From Eledone cirrhosa (taxonomy: Eukaryota): a stretch of DNA of 64,000 nucleotides. The stretch covers positions 233,182,001-233,246,000 of the forward strand of contig OZ024741.1 in assembly GCA_964016885.1 (NCBI GenBank), read 5' to 3'. The notes under the pieces are model-generated. The model was not told the origin of the DNA. It worked only from the letters and a program-made list of their open reading frames with translations, and did no database searches. Positions 28,601-42,500 of the stretch are shown here, piece by piece. The position numbers and the translations under genes were made by a program. Numbering within the stretch: the first letter of the stretch is position 1; every line of letters begins with the position of its first letter.

Positions 28601-30271
28601 TCTGTCTGAACAATGTGTATGTGTGTTCGTATGAATGTATGTGTGTGTAAAAGGAAGGAAAGGGATACATACATATATATGTGTCTAACTTAAAAACAGT
28701 CACACACACATACATACGTCTCTAATTTAAGTACGCCGATAAACTCACGCGTACACAGATACACACACTGTCCCATTACCACTTAAGAACTTTAGCCCGG
28801 GCAAACATCCTCTAAATTTTGGAACCGTCTGGGTTGTCCAAGATTGATGGGAAAAGATTTGACGGTCTTACTCTGTACGATGAGTGCAGGGAATGAATGT
28901 ATTGCAGGTGGCGTATGGGTTGTACATATATGGATGATTTGATGGTCGGATTGGGGTCATGAGGACTGCGGATTGACCTCTGGTCGGCCCTGGTGATGAT
29001 CATCTTTCGACATCCAATGTAGCAAGCGATGACCCAGAACTTACCAGAGATCATTGTGTGTTGAAGTGATTCTGCAATCACCGCGCCTGGTCCTTTGAGT
29101 AGACTACAACCACAGAGATCATTAAGTTAGAATCCTCGCTCGACGTCTGTAATATTCATTTGTGGCACTCTACGATGGGGGTTAATCACCATAATAATAC
29201 GAACAACTTCAGCACAACTTAATAGACTACTCTATAGTTATAACACTTTAAATTTTAGATATTTGTTAGAAATTGCGCATAACCATAGAAGTTAGGGTCT
29301 ATTTTGAGACACATTTCAATAGTTAGTAATAGAAACCTCGGAGTTACCTCCCCTCATGCATTAACTCCCCTTAGCCACACACACACTTCCGGGTAGTATT
29401 TCGTTGTCGATTCTCGAAACGTAACATCCTCCTGTATTGAACTAAAGAACATCAGACTACGATTCTCTAACTGGATTGTCAAACGCTCAATATCGAATCG
29501 TCGTGGATTATGTGAGGGGCATATAATCTGAAAAATACACTCCCCAGACTATGAAAATGTCGAAGTACATGAAGTCCATATCATCCATTCGTTGCGCATT
29601 TCGAATATTTTTAATGCTTGCACTATTTTTAATGCTTATATTATTCCTCCACACACAGACTATAACAATCATATAAATAATTTGTCACCAGATCAACCAA
29701 CCTAACACTCTTGTTTACCTACTTAAGTGCTTCTACTACACGTAACTCTCTGCCACATTATATAAACAAGACGCACGTGCTTGCCACACATATAACCTTT
29801 GCACTATATAACCGCTTATTTTCATGTATTTTAACCTGTATTTTTTATTGTATCCTTTAATATGAATGTAATCTCTAAGTGTGTACTGGCACTCTAAATG
29901 CTGTAATGAATGTTGACCCACAATATTTGCATATGTATCTGTATGTCTCTTGGGTGAAAAGGAGGTCTTATAAGTGTTCATTCATTAATAAATTGCTCCG
30001 AAGAATCCAAACCTCGGTTTGGAGGAAACAGTTGTAAGCATAAAAATGTTTTGAACAGTTCTTTGATTCTTATATTTCATATAACTGCTCTGTAAATCAT
30101 CTGATGTTTTTACATTGAGCTACTTAACTTACTGGTAATAAGGTAGTAATATATTACTGCCTACCACTATTTAGGGTTTGTATAAAAATATATATAACTG
30201 CAAAAGGTTTTTGTATTTACATAACCATAAATAGTATAATTAATACTATATATATATATATATATATATAT

Positions 30272-30356
30272 ATTTTCATCCTTCTGGGGTCGATAAAATA
30301 AAGTACCAGTAATGCACTGGGTAATTGCTGGCCTTGTACCAAAAATAGAAACAATT
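30272..30356 (+). mobile_element. 5'-truncated SINE copy
   Basis: tttcatccttctggggtcgataaaataaagtaccag...atagaaacaattatt. Confidence 0.85.
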
Positions 30357-30426
30357 ATTATATATATATATAAATATGCATATCTATTTGCGAATATGAT
30401 AAATTCGTAGACGTTTTAGGAGATAC

Positions 30427-30561
30427 CTTCTTGGCAATTGTCCCCATGATAACCTTCTGAACATCCATCAGAACATGTTCCATTTCTTTTGTTACAGTTA
30501 ATATTGTTGATACAATGACATGTGTCGTTACACTCCAAACCGAACTTACTTTCTCCATATT
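30427..30561 (-). CDS. EGF/laminin-EGF-like exon (MEGF10/SCARF-type repeat), 135 bp, phase 1-1
   Basis: AG..GT boundaries; translation (E)YGESKFGLECNDTCHCINNINCNKRNGTCSDGCSEGYHGDNCQE. Confidence 0.9.
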
Positions 30562-31029
30562 CTGTCAATATGAATATAGATCATATTATTTCAGTAATCA
30601 TTGAAAACATATAGATATACTTGAGATAGTAATGATAGAAATTAATTCCATACAAATTCTCATCCGATTAAGAGAGACTTCAGATAAACATGCGAATGGG
30701 TTGAAGGTAGAGACGTATACAATCTTAATGAAGGGTAATGATCCAGAAACATGTTCATTGTTCCTCAAAGACAGAAAGAAGAGCTTCCTATAGGTTTCGA
30801 TTGACTAATCCCTTAAAAACTAGATTTGAGTACTTTAGAATAAATACTAGCGACGCAGAAAGTATTGATGTCTGAAATAAAAAGATCTTAAGACCCTAAG
30901 AAAAGAAATCTATAAAAATTAATGTTGAAGTGTTGAACAAACAGGTGACGATCGGTCACCGGCGCGGCATAACTTCTAATCGGGCTCGTTTGTTTACAAA
31001 CGAATTGAACATTATTATTACTGTTCGAT

Positions 31030-31219
31030 GAGGGCAGTGGATTGGCAGTATTGGTAGAGAGTCGGACACCATGCTTAGCAGCAAAGAGTTACGGCCCTTT
31101 ATGGTCTGAGTTCAAATCCCGCCGAGGTTAACTTTGCCTTTCATCCTTACGGGGTCGATAAGATAAGGTACCAGTAATGTACTGGAATAATTGCTGGCCT
31201 TGTGCTAAAAATAGAAACA
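31030..31219 (+). mobile_element. Full-length tRNA-derived SINE with 16-bp TSD (attattactgttcgat)
   Basis: TSD at 31014-31029 and 31220-31235; A and B boxes present. Lies in the intron of the EGF gene. Confidence 0.92.
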
Positions 31220-31599
31220 ATTATTACTGTTCGATATATCCCATACGTACATATGTATATTTATATACTAGAAGAAATGATTGTGCTTCTATTTTCATAC
31301 AAAATTGACTGTGGTCTCTCAAGAGTTATCTCCCTTGATCTTACCCTATAATTTAAAAAGAAAACTTTTTCTAATCTTTTTCTAAATACCTGCCCCTGCG
31401 TAAACTCTCATGTTATATTCCTACAAGGAAAGCACAATAAACCTTAGGTAAACAGAATCATTAAACTCGGGAGTGTCCTAGATGGAACAACTGTATCAAT
31501 TATATGACAATCGGTACCCTTAGAGAAAGTAAAAGACGAGTTTACGAATGTCTAATATATAATTCTACTCTCGTGAGTTTCAAAATTTTTTTAATTATA

Positions 31600-32100
31600 A
31601 CAGACGATTTTAATGGGCATGTTCGCCAAATCAGTGATGGTTTCTAAGCGATAGATGGAGATCTTGGGCTTGATGCGTGAAACGAGTAAGGATCCAGAGT
31701 CCTGCAATTTTTCGAAGCCAATGTAGATATCGAAACAGCAGATATCATTGAATAATTCATGGATTACCAGAAAGCTCCGTTGGTTAACTTCAGAATATTC
31801 CAGAAAGTGTTTGACAGTGTGCAGATTGAGTCACTCCAGAACATTCCTCCGTTATATAGCATTTCGCAATGGTTTATTAACATATTCAAGATCTTTACGC
31901 CTATTTTGAGTTTGGAATAACAGTCTTTAACATCGTTTCTGTAAACAGGCAAGGCTGCTCATATTATCGCCTTAATAGCAGAAACCAGTGCCGATTTGCA
32001 AGCAACTAACAATATAACTGCAACAAAATGCTAAGTACAGTATGCGAATCAACACCAAGTAGACAAAGGTGAAGATAATGAACAACAACACTACCTAAGA
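31600..32100 (+). mobile_element. Highly decayed RTE-like RT remnant
   Basis: Traces such as FQKVFDSV, 'gtaaacaggcaaggctgc' (GVRQGC-like) and MRINTK*TKVK. Confidence 0.45.
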
Positions 32101-32330
32101 AGCCACAGTGAAGGTGAACCAGCCATAGCCACTATAAACTGGACAATCAATACTGACCATAAAGGGTTTGAACTCCTTAATATCTAATATTGTGGACCAT
32201 TGTCCTGAAATTGTAGAAACCAGATGACAAGTTACGGGATTTATTTAAATGAGCTAAATACATTTGAAGATGAACAGAAAAATATAGTATTCAATGTATG
32301 AATAAGATAACAAATGAATTATTACCTTAC

Positions 32331-32394
32331 CTCCTGCTAAAGTTGAATGACATGCTAATAATATAATATATCCAGCAATTGATAAGGTGGACAT
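32331..32394 (-). CDS. First coding exon encoding a signal peptide; splices in phase to the EGF exon
   Basis: MSTLSIAGYIILLACHSTLAG + G|gtaag (phase 1). An acceptor AG at 32423-32422 implies an upstream 5'UTR exon. Confidence 0.75.
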
Positions 32395-32699
32395 AGCAAG
32401 GCGTGTTAACAAAGTTTATGTCTAAAGCGAAGTAAAAGTGGCTGTTTTGTGTTAGCTCCAAATTCTCCTCGGATATGCGTTCGTTATGTCAATGGCAACG
32501 GAATCATCGTTGACGTTCATTGTCACGAGACATCGCCCGTTTTCTTTCTTAACTTTAGTACATCACGCCGGTTAAATAATTAATTGGACAGTGTAAGATA
32601 TTGACATGTCCGAACGAGTATCCACCAATGAGAGGAAAGCAAAACTGTCTCTGCTTCCCTTCCTGTCATAATAAGAAAAAGGACTGGTATTTGGGTTTT

Positions 32700-33050
32700 A
32701 CACCTTCCTCCCTTCTTCTGATTACCTATTGCTGACACTGGTGCATTCCTACACAAGCAGCTGCAATTCTGGCATTTAATTCAGCCTGCTGTCTTCTAAC
32801 AAAATCCCGAAATACTTGAACGTCTCCACCTGCTTCAGTTGAACTCCAATCACGTGTAGAATGCACTGTGCAGGCTTCTTTGAGAGGACGAGTGTCACAG
32901 TTAAGGCTGCACTGATTCTCATTCCAGCCGTGCAGCACACGTCCGCATCAAACCTATCAAGTGTAAATCAACTTCTGTCGAGATAATTAATACCATGCCA
33001 TCTGAAAATTCCAGTCGACTGATGCTACACATGCCAGGTGTGAATCGAAG
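32700..33050 (-). mobile_element. RTE remnant, same family as 49390-50990
   Basis: 'gcactgatt.tcattccagcc' and QEAEL-type peptide shared with 49880-50130. Confidence 0.7.
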
Positions 33051-33364
33051 AATTGAACTGATTTTCAAATAAATTAGGAATATCTCATTATTTCCTCAGA
33101 TTTCTTTTGTAAGCAATAAGGGACTTCATGGCATATCTGTTGTCAGGGTGATACTAATGGGGGTACATCAAATGCAGTAGAGAGGAATATCAAATCCGTA
33201 ATGTGGTCTGTGGGTACAAGTGCATTTTCTCATTTAAATCAGTTCATATCACATTCACAGATGAGAAAATCGAATAATTTTTCTGAGGTGGGGGTAAGGC
33301 TCCACTGTCTCACTCTTTGCCATAGTGATTAACCTGCACTACGGACTGCATGCCCTGCTTTCCA

Positions 33365-33612
<248 letters not shown>

Positions 33613-33842
33613 AAAATGAGGGGTTTTTTAATGAAAAAAAAAACGAGATGTCCTACACGAGTAAGAGTGTAAGGAAAAAAGATGAAACCGAAAATGCAAC
33701 TGGAGTCTTTTTAAGAATATTTATTTGTTTCCTTTACCGGTTTCACAGTTCTTTTGCTTTTCAAAAGTAGAATTGAGATGGAGGATTTTTTGGTTTTTCT
33801 CGTATCTGGTTGGTGTTCGAATGTTATTTCTGTTTTATGTGG

Positions 33843-34240
33843 AAAAAGGTGGCTCGAATTGCTTGGTTGTTTTTTTTTTAAATAATTTGGTTGGTTGATG
33901 ACTGTCACGTGAATAAGTATAATAAATTTCGCGCCAGTTCGCGTTGCAAAGTTCTTATTGTATTTGCCTTTAAAAAAGTGGCTCAAATTGTTTTTTTTTT
34001 TTTATATAAGTGAAATTTGGCTGGTTGATGGTTGTCACGTGAATAAGTACATCAACTATTGCGCCGCCAGTTCGCGTTTGAGTGTTCTTTATTGCTATTT
34101 TCATTTTAAAAAGTGGCTCAAATTGTTGTTTTTTTATAAATGTAATTTTCTTGGTCGATGACTGTCACATGAATAAGTACATTAAATTTCGCGCCAGTTC
34201 GTATTTCGGGGTTCTTTATTGCTATTTTTAGAGTCACGTG
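33843..34240 (+). repeat. Three-copy ~130-bp tandem repeat with E-box and E2F-like motifs
   Basis: Unit 'aaaaagtggctcaaattg...tgatgactgtcacgtgaataagta...tttcgcgccagttcg'. Confidence 0.8.
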
Positions 34241-34719
34241 ATTTGTCATCGAGAGTTTTGTGCCAAACAAAAGATAATGGTCAAGAAAACGGATGGGGAG
34301 AAATCGTTCTGGTTCAGTGAGCATGGCTGAAGTGCTGAGGTGTCAAAATTCAAACTTTTTATTTAAATAAATTGAATGTTTGTGTCGATAGTGGTGGTGG
34401 TGGTGGTGGCGGCATGGTAGAAAATAGAGATATATATTTTTATTTCTGTGTAGATGTGTGTGCGTGCGTGTGGGGGGAAGGCACCACATCCACATGCGAC
34501 GAGCTCCGAACACGTGCTGAGATTAGACGGTTAGATCGTAGTGCTCGATTGACTGAGGGCAGTGAGCGCTTGAAAACATTATATCTACCAAGCGCTTCCC
34601 CCTGGGTTTCCGTTTGTCCTACAACTACAGCTCCGTCAAAGAGACGAGCTAGAGAAAAACGTGCCCAGCGAATGGCGACCACAATTGTTCACCGTTCAGG
34701 AAACTCTTGAGATATCGTA

Positions 34720-36690
34720 GTCATTGCTCATGTCAGCGCATCCTCAGCCACTTCATGCCCAATCCTCCACGTAGTATGTGTTGACAGCAGATAGATACCG
34801 TAACCATCGGAACGTTCCATTCCAGTAAGACGTGGTTGAGGACAAGACACGGCGAACCGTCGGTAATAGGTGATGGAAGCGATGTTCGCGTTCGCTACTT
34901 CCACCTGACCTTTCAGGGATAACTTCTTCTCGGCCCATTTCTGCGTGAGAGCGGCCATCATGTTCGTCACCTCGTCCCAGATTTTTTCCGTCTGTAGGTC
35001 CGGACCAAACTAGACCCCGAGTAATTTAACAGGTCCGTCTGTCCAGTGCCCAACTACGCTATTGGACGACATGAACCTGACTCTCCAAGTGCCGAGCCGC
35101 AGGCCCACTAATATTTCCTGGTTGATTTTTGAACCTGTCACTGCTTCGCATTCTCTCAGAGCAATGCCGATTGCCTCGATGTGTTTGGCGATCGATGGCC
35201 ACTAAACTTAAGGCGCGTCCTTCACTACTCGTCACGTTCACCATTACCACCTCACCTTCTGGGTCCAAGAAAATGGCCTGTGTCGCATGATTCAGACCTT
35301 TCCGAAACAACATCGCTACTCTGCTTCCATATCCCGGACGGGTTGGAGATGAATACACGTAGCCGCTGAAAATGGGTGCGAAGGAGATTCTGATCTCACT
35401 GATGATCACCACATCTATGGCCAGTGACCTGAGGTCGTTTAGCAGGTGACTCTATTTCTGCGGCATCCCCAGACCACATATATTTATACTGCTTATTCTG
35501 AGAGAGGCCAGGTTGAATGAAGGGGGAAACAAGTGAGAACTTACCCTTGGCTTTCTTGTGGAGGGATGGCTGCTTCGTGGTCCGTCCGTCTGACTAGTTA
35601 TGGCCTTCTCCACAAGGATATATCTGTATATTCTTCTGGAGAGGGTTTCTTGGAAGTCTCCAATTAAATCGGGGAAAATTTTCTTCAGACGAGTGTATGT
35701 TTTTTGGTTTATTTCTGCTATTTTATTTGTGTGGGTGGTGTGAATTTTGGGGTTGTTGTTTAGTTGTTTATTTTTCCGTAACGCTGGTGTTGTTCTGTAC
35801 GTAGTTAAGTAATTTTTGGTTGTTCGTGTTTATTGCTGTGTAGTGCGTTTGAATTTGGGACTTACTAGCTTGCTCCACTATCGTGCGATACGAGACTGTA
35901 CAAAGACGTCTACTCTCCATGATATCGGATGGAGGAGCGAGGCTGTTTTTGTGGCCGCTCTTCTTCACCAACCACTCGGCCTCACTCATTTGCACTTCGC
36001 TGAAATAGATTCTTTCTACGTTTTTAACCGCTTTTGTGAAGGATATGGTGGCTTTTGAGACCTCATCTTTGCTGCTACTGTTACTTATGTTGTTGCTGTT
36101 TCCGTTCTTGTTGTTGTTGTGGTCGCTGTTATTGTTATTTTTATTTGTTTCTGTCACATTTTTTTCGTTGTTGTTGTTGTTGTTGTTGTTGTCGTGATGG
36201 TGGAGGAGTGGGGGTGCTATACAGTTGTTGATATTTTCTGTTCTAACCAATTTACTATTCTATAGTGACGGTGATAGAGTTGGAAAATTATTTTTATAAT
36301 TTTCTTTTTCCCTTGCTAGGCTTCTCGTGTTGCTCCTGCTGCTGTTGTTCTTGTTATTGTCGTCGGCGATGATGTCTGTGGAAGTGGTAGGGGTAATAGT
36401 GTTCATAAGGGTGGTGGCGGTGGTGGTGACGGTTTCTCTCCCTATAACGTTTGAACCGCTCAACAAAACAAAAATCAGATGATTGGTGCTGTTGTTGGTG
36501 TTGTTGTTATTGTTGTTGGTGGTGGTGGTGGTGGTGGTGGTGGTGGTGATGTGGCTGCTTTGTGGTTGGTGGGGATGGTGAGGTCTCTGGAGTCTGGCTC
36601 TGACGGTGAATGTCACCGCAGACCACTTTCACCCACTCAACTCTACTGCCTCCCACCTTCCACCAATACCCTGCAACACTATATGCGTGG
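34720..36690 (-). mobile_element. Internally deleted L1/Tx1-type LINE (Asn-rich ORF1, APE N-terminus, post-RT region)
   Basis: RISSINICGL, DVVIISE, FLDPEG; WTDGPVKLLGV and WAEKKLSLKGQVEVAN match the 53.9-55.3 kb element. Confidence 0.8.
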
Positions 36691-37197
36691 GTGATTGTCG
36701 GTGTATATAACAAGTGTGTGAGTATGTGTGCGTGTGTGAGTATGTGTGCGTGTGTGAGTATGTGTAGATGTATATGTGTGTCTGTGTGAATATGTGTAGA
36801 TACATATGTGTGTCTGTGTGTATGTATGTATGAATGTATATATATGTGTGTGTGTGTGTACATGGTCGAAATTTAGCGCGCATGCAAGCTTTCCAGCATG
36901 TGTGGGTGTGTGTATGTGTGTGTGCGTGTGTGCTTAGGAGTATGTCTCTCTGTGTCTGCGGTGATGGATCAATGCGAATACATGTCTTTAGGACGGGATG
37001 CCAGCAGACTTGATTTTTGTTCTGCGTGATTAACATGCCTGGTAAACAGATTGGACTGGAATCTGGTCTATAACATTGATATGGATCATGAGGTACCCAT
37101 TGGCAAAACGGTTGTAACTGTGCATAATCAATAAAGATCTTATATATACACAACGTAAATAATAATCAAAGAGTGTTTAATCTTTCAAATATTTAAC

Positions 37198-37244
37198 AAC
37201 TAACGATCGTTTCATCCTAGCACAAGGCTGGAATCATCGGAGTT
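37198..37244 (-). ncRNA. Hammerhead-like motif with variant core (CCGATGA)
   Basis: aact-CCGATGA-ttcc-agc-cttgt-gct-agga-t-GAAA-cgatcg-TT-agtt, close to (TA)n. Confidence 0.6.
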
Positions 37245-37307
37245 AATAACAAAAGTTAAACACAAATATACGATGAAAACTTTGTCACAAGAATATTTGG
37301 AGTATGA

Positions 37308-37365
<58 letters not shown>

Positions 37366-37486
37366 TACATTCATATATATTTATATATATATATAATCAG
37401 ATATGTTCCCTATGTGATCTCGTCTCCGATATATACAGCGCATTCTAACAACGTGGTATTTTGCGCCCGCTCATTGATTCATTATC

Positions 37487-37519
<33 letters not shown>

Positions 37520-37728
37520 GTCTATCCCCGATGTAACGTCTGTCTCTCATCCGGTCAAGCTGTCGTGTGCGTTCATGCATGGAAGACCGTCGGCCTGCCT
37601 CTCACTGCTAGACTTGGTTGAAGCGTTCACAGGCAACAGGTTACACTTAGGGGCCGGTGTCCCTGTCAAGCAGGAAGGTGGAGGGCGGCTAAAGTTCGGA
37701 CATGAAAGACAAGACATATAGCGACCTG

Positions 37729-37930
<202 letters not shown>

Positions 37931-38198
37931 ACTAGCAGTAACTTACCAAAGTTAGGTTGCACCACCCATTTTATGGCAGCACTTTTTTTTCTGCCAGGCA
38001 CTGGGTGAATGAATTGCAGACCGGGGCTGCCGAAGCAGCAGCTGCGCCAGCAGTGACAATTGTAGTTTCGCCTATGGATATTATCTCTGTGCAAAGAAGT
38101 GTTGAAATTTATTGTTTCACAGTATTTGCGCAACACGCGCGTATACGATGCCAGCCGAACAACAGAGCTGCGATGGAGTTGTTCTGCATGGTTGTCTA

Positions 38199-38667
38199 AT
38201 GTGTGTTTTCTAAATTTAAGACAGTGGGAGGGGTGTGATATGTGGGAGAGTTAGCTGCTGTTTCTAACAGGTTTAGTGACCTCACAGAGGATATGTGTTT
38301 TCTAAATTTAAGACAGTAGGGAGGGGTGTGATATGGGGGAGAGTTAGCTGCTGTTTCTAGCAGGTTTAGTGACCTCACAGAGGATATGTGTTTTCTAAAT
38401 TTAAGACAGTAGGGAGGGGTGTGATATGGGGGAGATTTAGCTGCTGTTTCTAGCAGGTTTAGTGACCTCACAGAGGATATGTGTTTTCTAAATTTAAGAC
38501 AGTAAGGAGGGGTGTGATATGGGGGAGAGTTAGCTGCTGTTTCTAGCAGGTTTAGTGACCTCACAGAGGATATGTGTTTTCTAAATTTAAGACAGTAAGG
38601 AGGGGTGTGATATGGGGGAGAGTTAGCTGCTGTTTCTAGCAGGTTTAGTGACCTCATAGAGGATATT
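38199..38667. repeat. 93-bp minisatellite, 5 near-identical copies
   Basis: Unit 'atgtgttttctaaatttaagacagtagggaggggtgtgatatgggggagagttagctgctgtttctagcaggtttagtgacctcacagaggat'; 31-aa periodicity in the ORF track. Confidence 0.97.
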
Positions 38668-38814
38668 ATTGTGTATAGTAAATTAATTGATACTTCTTTC
38701 TTCCACGTTCGTTGATAGATGTTTTAAAAAAGATTTATCGCTATTTATTTTTTTGTTGTTGAATAAATTTATCTGTTGCTTTTGAATAATTGTTGTTTCG
38801 ACTCAAAAACAAAC

Positions 38815-38878
<64 letters not shown>

Positions 38879-39176
38879 TCTCTCTCTCTCTCTCCATCAT
38901 TTCTTTCTCTCTTATTTCTTCGACGTTCCTAAAGGAAGTTTGTAAGTTTAAGCGTATATAAGAGAAAGTTGCAGCATGTATGTAGTTTTATCGAATTTTA
39001 AGGGGAGTAGAGAGAGGATATCAGATTGTATTAGAGGGATAAAGATCGATTATTTCCGTAATTGTGGGTGAGTTTGAAAGAAATAGTCGTTGACCTAAGT
39101 TCCACCATTTACAACATTCTTACAGACTTTGAGTTGAATCGGTTTGAAATTGTGCAAATGTATAAACGTGGAACAT

Positions 39177-39232
<56 letters not shown>

Positions 39233-39325
39233 CCTTGAGCCTATATAAGAAACCATTATTAATGTTCGAAAAACTCAGATTACATTTATTGTATTCAGCC
39301 ATGTCGAGCGATAACCTTTTGGTAG

Positions 39326-39417
<92 letters not shown>

Positions 39418-39420
39418 GGA

Positions 39421-39582
39421 GAAATACACAAAGAGGTATGTGTGCAATCATAGGGGACAGTGAACCACCAGAGTGAAAAAGATATTGTCTACGAAAGGAA
39501 AGGAGAATACAAAAGAATATGTTTTTTGCACTGGTGATTCACTGCCCCCTATGATTGAACACACACCCCTTTGTGTATTTCT
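39421..39582. repeat. Short fold-back (arms ~50 bp)
   Basis: gaaatacacaaag..gtgtgcaatcatagggg.cagtgaaccacca / tggtgattcactgccccctatgattgaacacac..ctttgtgtatttc. Confidence 0.8.
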
Positions 39583-42500
39583 CTATATATACTGCCTTAC
39601 AAAGAGCCCAGAATCTATTCCTTTGGGCAGTGGATTAACGTGAGCCTTTAACTCCATTTTTTAATTTTATCTGTGTGTGTATATGTAGCTCACATATGAT
39701 TTTAGAATACAGGAAAAAATTGGACAATATAGTATCTATTAAACCAAAGTCCACAACAGTCGCTACTAGCTTCACCAAAAAGAAAAGAATGAAAAACAAA
39801 ATTATTTTTGAAATGCTTTATTTACATTTTCGTTTACTTCTCTTCACTTCCCTTGATCTTTACTTTCTCACGTACACTTAATCTCATTCTAAATAATAGA
39901 AATAATAATAATGAAATTGTTGTGTATAGTGTCATACACACAGTGTCACTCATTGGAATCTTGTAACTAGATAGAACAGAATTATGCAATGTACGTGGCA
40001 CTTTGTGAGGTTGGGGGTGGTGCATAATCCTGTAACATGTTTTCTTTCTCCTCCGGGAGAACTACCTTGTTACTAACGATTTCTAGATGGATTACCTTCA
40101 GAGCTCAAAGATAAGGTTAGTTGCAACTCGAATGTCACATTCCTATTTCAATTTTTAAAATATCAATTAATAACTGGAACTATGAAAATGTCAGATTTAA
40201 TAAACAATGATCAATTTGGTAATCAATATCTCTCTTTTTCTTTAAAAGTTCGTAAAAATAAGAGAGAAAACACACATGGCATTCTTATCTAGATAGATGT
40301 GATTGATTTTAATGTTAACCATCTTCAGATCTTTGTTTGTTAAAAACGTGTGCAATGTGATAAACCTAGATGACATTTATTCTGGACAGGAGATGTTATG
40401 GTAGGTGTATATTTGGGTAGACAATAAGTTTGACAGAAGAAAATATGATACTTAGCTTACATACGACGACTATGCATAAGAGGTGGGCGGTTATGCAGCT
40501 GTCTATAACAAACAACATACCATTATAGCAGCGATATAAACAGAATGAATCGCCATCTTTTTTATTTGATCATGGTTGTTTTTGTGTATCAAAAACATTG
40601 TTCTATAGCTGTGAACAGTAATCGAATATATGATTTAGTTGAACATTGTAAAATTTTAGAAATTCTTCGGGATTGATGTACTTTCAGGCTTTAAATAGGA
40701 ATTTTAATTTGTGTTAAACAATTTCTTCATGTTATATTTCTTATTTTTCAGCAGGTATTCTAATATATAATATTTGAGGGTCCTAAGTGTATGATAATAC
40801 ACTTAGGGAGTACAAATTTACAAAACAATACTATTGATATATATATATACTGATACAGTTGTTTCTCTTGGAGAAAGTTGCCCTTTTTATATTAAGAGTA
40901 TTTCAACAGTATACTTAGCAAGTATACAGTCGCACTGGAAGTTTCAAATCCAGCAAAATATAGACTTTTATAATTCAACAGTGAGCTATTTGATTCGGAG
41001 ATTCTCATGTCAGGTGCGATGAAATGGTTTGCTGATGTCAAGTGCAAAAATATTTAGTCCGCTGAGATTTTCAAGAGAAAAACATTAGCAAGTCGCGTAA
41101 GATGTTGGTCATATTTCCCGTATATCTAGATCTGGAGGACTATATTCGTTGTGACTGATGTATGATGGAGACTCAAAGTGATGATGTAGGTGGTTGGCAA
41201 TAACTGTTTGCATTAAGTTGAAAGAAATGCGTATGTACTCTTCTGTGTTAAGAAAATTGTACTTTAACAGGGATAAACACAGAGAGAGAAAAAGAGAAAG
41301 GGGAGAGAGAGAAAAAGTAACAGATGTATATGTATATAGTGATAAAGAAAGAAAAAAGAAAGAAAGAAAGAAAAACAGAAGAAAGAACGAAACAAAGACA
41401 CAAAAATAAGAAAGAAAAACAAAGGTGAGGATGAAACATTTGGCAGAAACAACGCACACTGCTTGTTAGTGATAGACAAGACACCTTCAGGACAGGTAGA
41501 ATTGTCAGGGCTTCAGTAACGAAAAATGTTATCACTTGGCAAGTTAGTGCACAACTGTTGAAAATGGGGTCATTCAAATGAAAGTAGAGAGGTTTTGTTT
41601 AGTGTTTGCAGAGTAGATTTGGAATAGAAATGAGAAACAATTCTTGTTGCTTCTTTCGTATCTGCCCTCCTGAGGTGAATTTGTCAACTATTATGATCAG
41701 AGCATACAAGGCGTCATACCCGACATGGTATTGGCTTGGCCTCCATAATGTGGAAGATAAATCTCCTCAACGTGGGTATGGGGCAAACATGTGCGACAAT
41801 GTTTTCGATAGATTTCCGTTCCTGCTTGGGCAGCATCTTCTCGCCTGTTTCCCTCCGTCTCCCAAACCAATATCGATACTTGGTGGAACGCCATCTTTGC
41901 ATAATTAATTGTTACCCAGCTAGACAGTGACAATCAGGCTTTATCTTTGCCCCTCCGAGTACCTTAAATGTCAATGAAGCACCAGCACAAAGGCAGCAAC
42001 TCATTAAAATGAAATTCCATAACTCCATGAAAGAAGGATGCTCTCATTTAAAACTACATTTCAATAACAATTTTTATTCAGAAAGACAAGATGGAGTAAA
42101 GAGAATAAGATCAAAATGCAAAGGAGACTCTGTGTGGGAAAAATCTTCACTCTTTATTTACTTAAAAGTTTGTTATTTTTTCCTTAGAACCCGAGGAAAA
42201 TACGTCATAAGGCAGATACCTTCAGCAAGCCAAATTATTTTGAGTAACACATTTTAGTTTACTTCATATACTTGCTTTTTCATAGCCCCAAATCAAATAT
42301 TTTGTAGACAAAGGAATACAAAAATGTAAAAGGCAAATTCAAGGCTTACATAATCTGTGCCCATTAAATTTTTCTAAGATTTAACTGGAAGCTTTAAGTA
42401 TTTTTCACCGTCTTCGTATAGCTTAGATTTGTAAACGGTTGAATAACTGTTTATTTAATGAATCAATCATTTGAAAGACCGAATCAGAATCAGAAGAAAG

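Noticed and set aside
28812-29150. GC-richer stretch with an 89-aa ORF and a possible acceptor near 29148
   Set aside because: No recognisable motifs. It could be an old LINE remnant or UTR and cannot be supported either way.
38199-38667. CRISPR-like regular repeat
   Set aside because: No unique spacers, eukaryotic context and no cas genes; it is a plain minisatellite.
41480-41930. Possible decayed retroelement zinc-knuckle region (IENIVAHVCP)
   Set aside because: Too degenerate to assign by eye.
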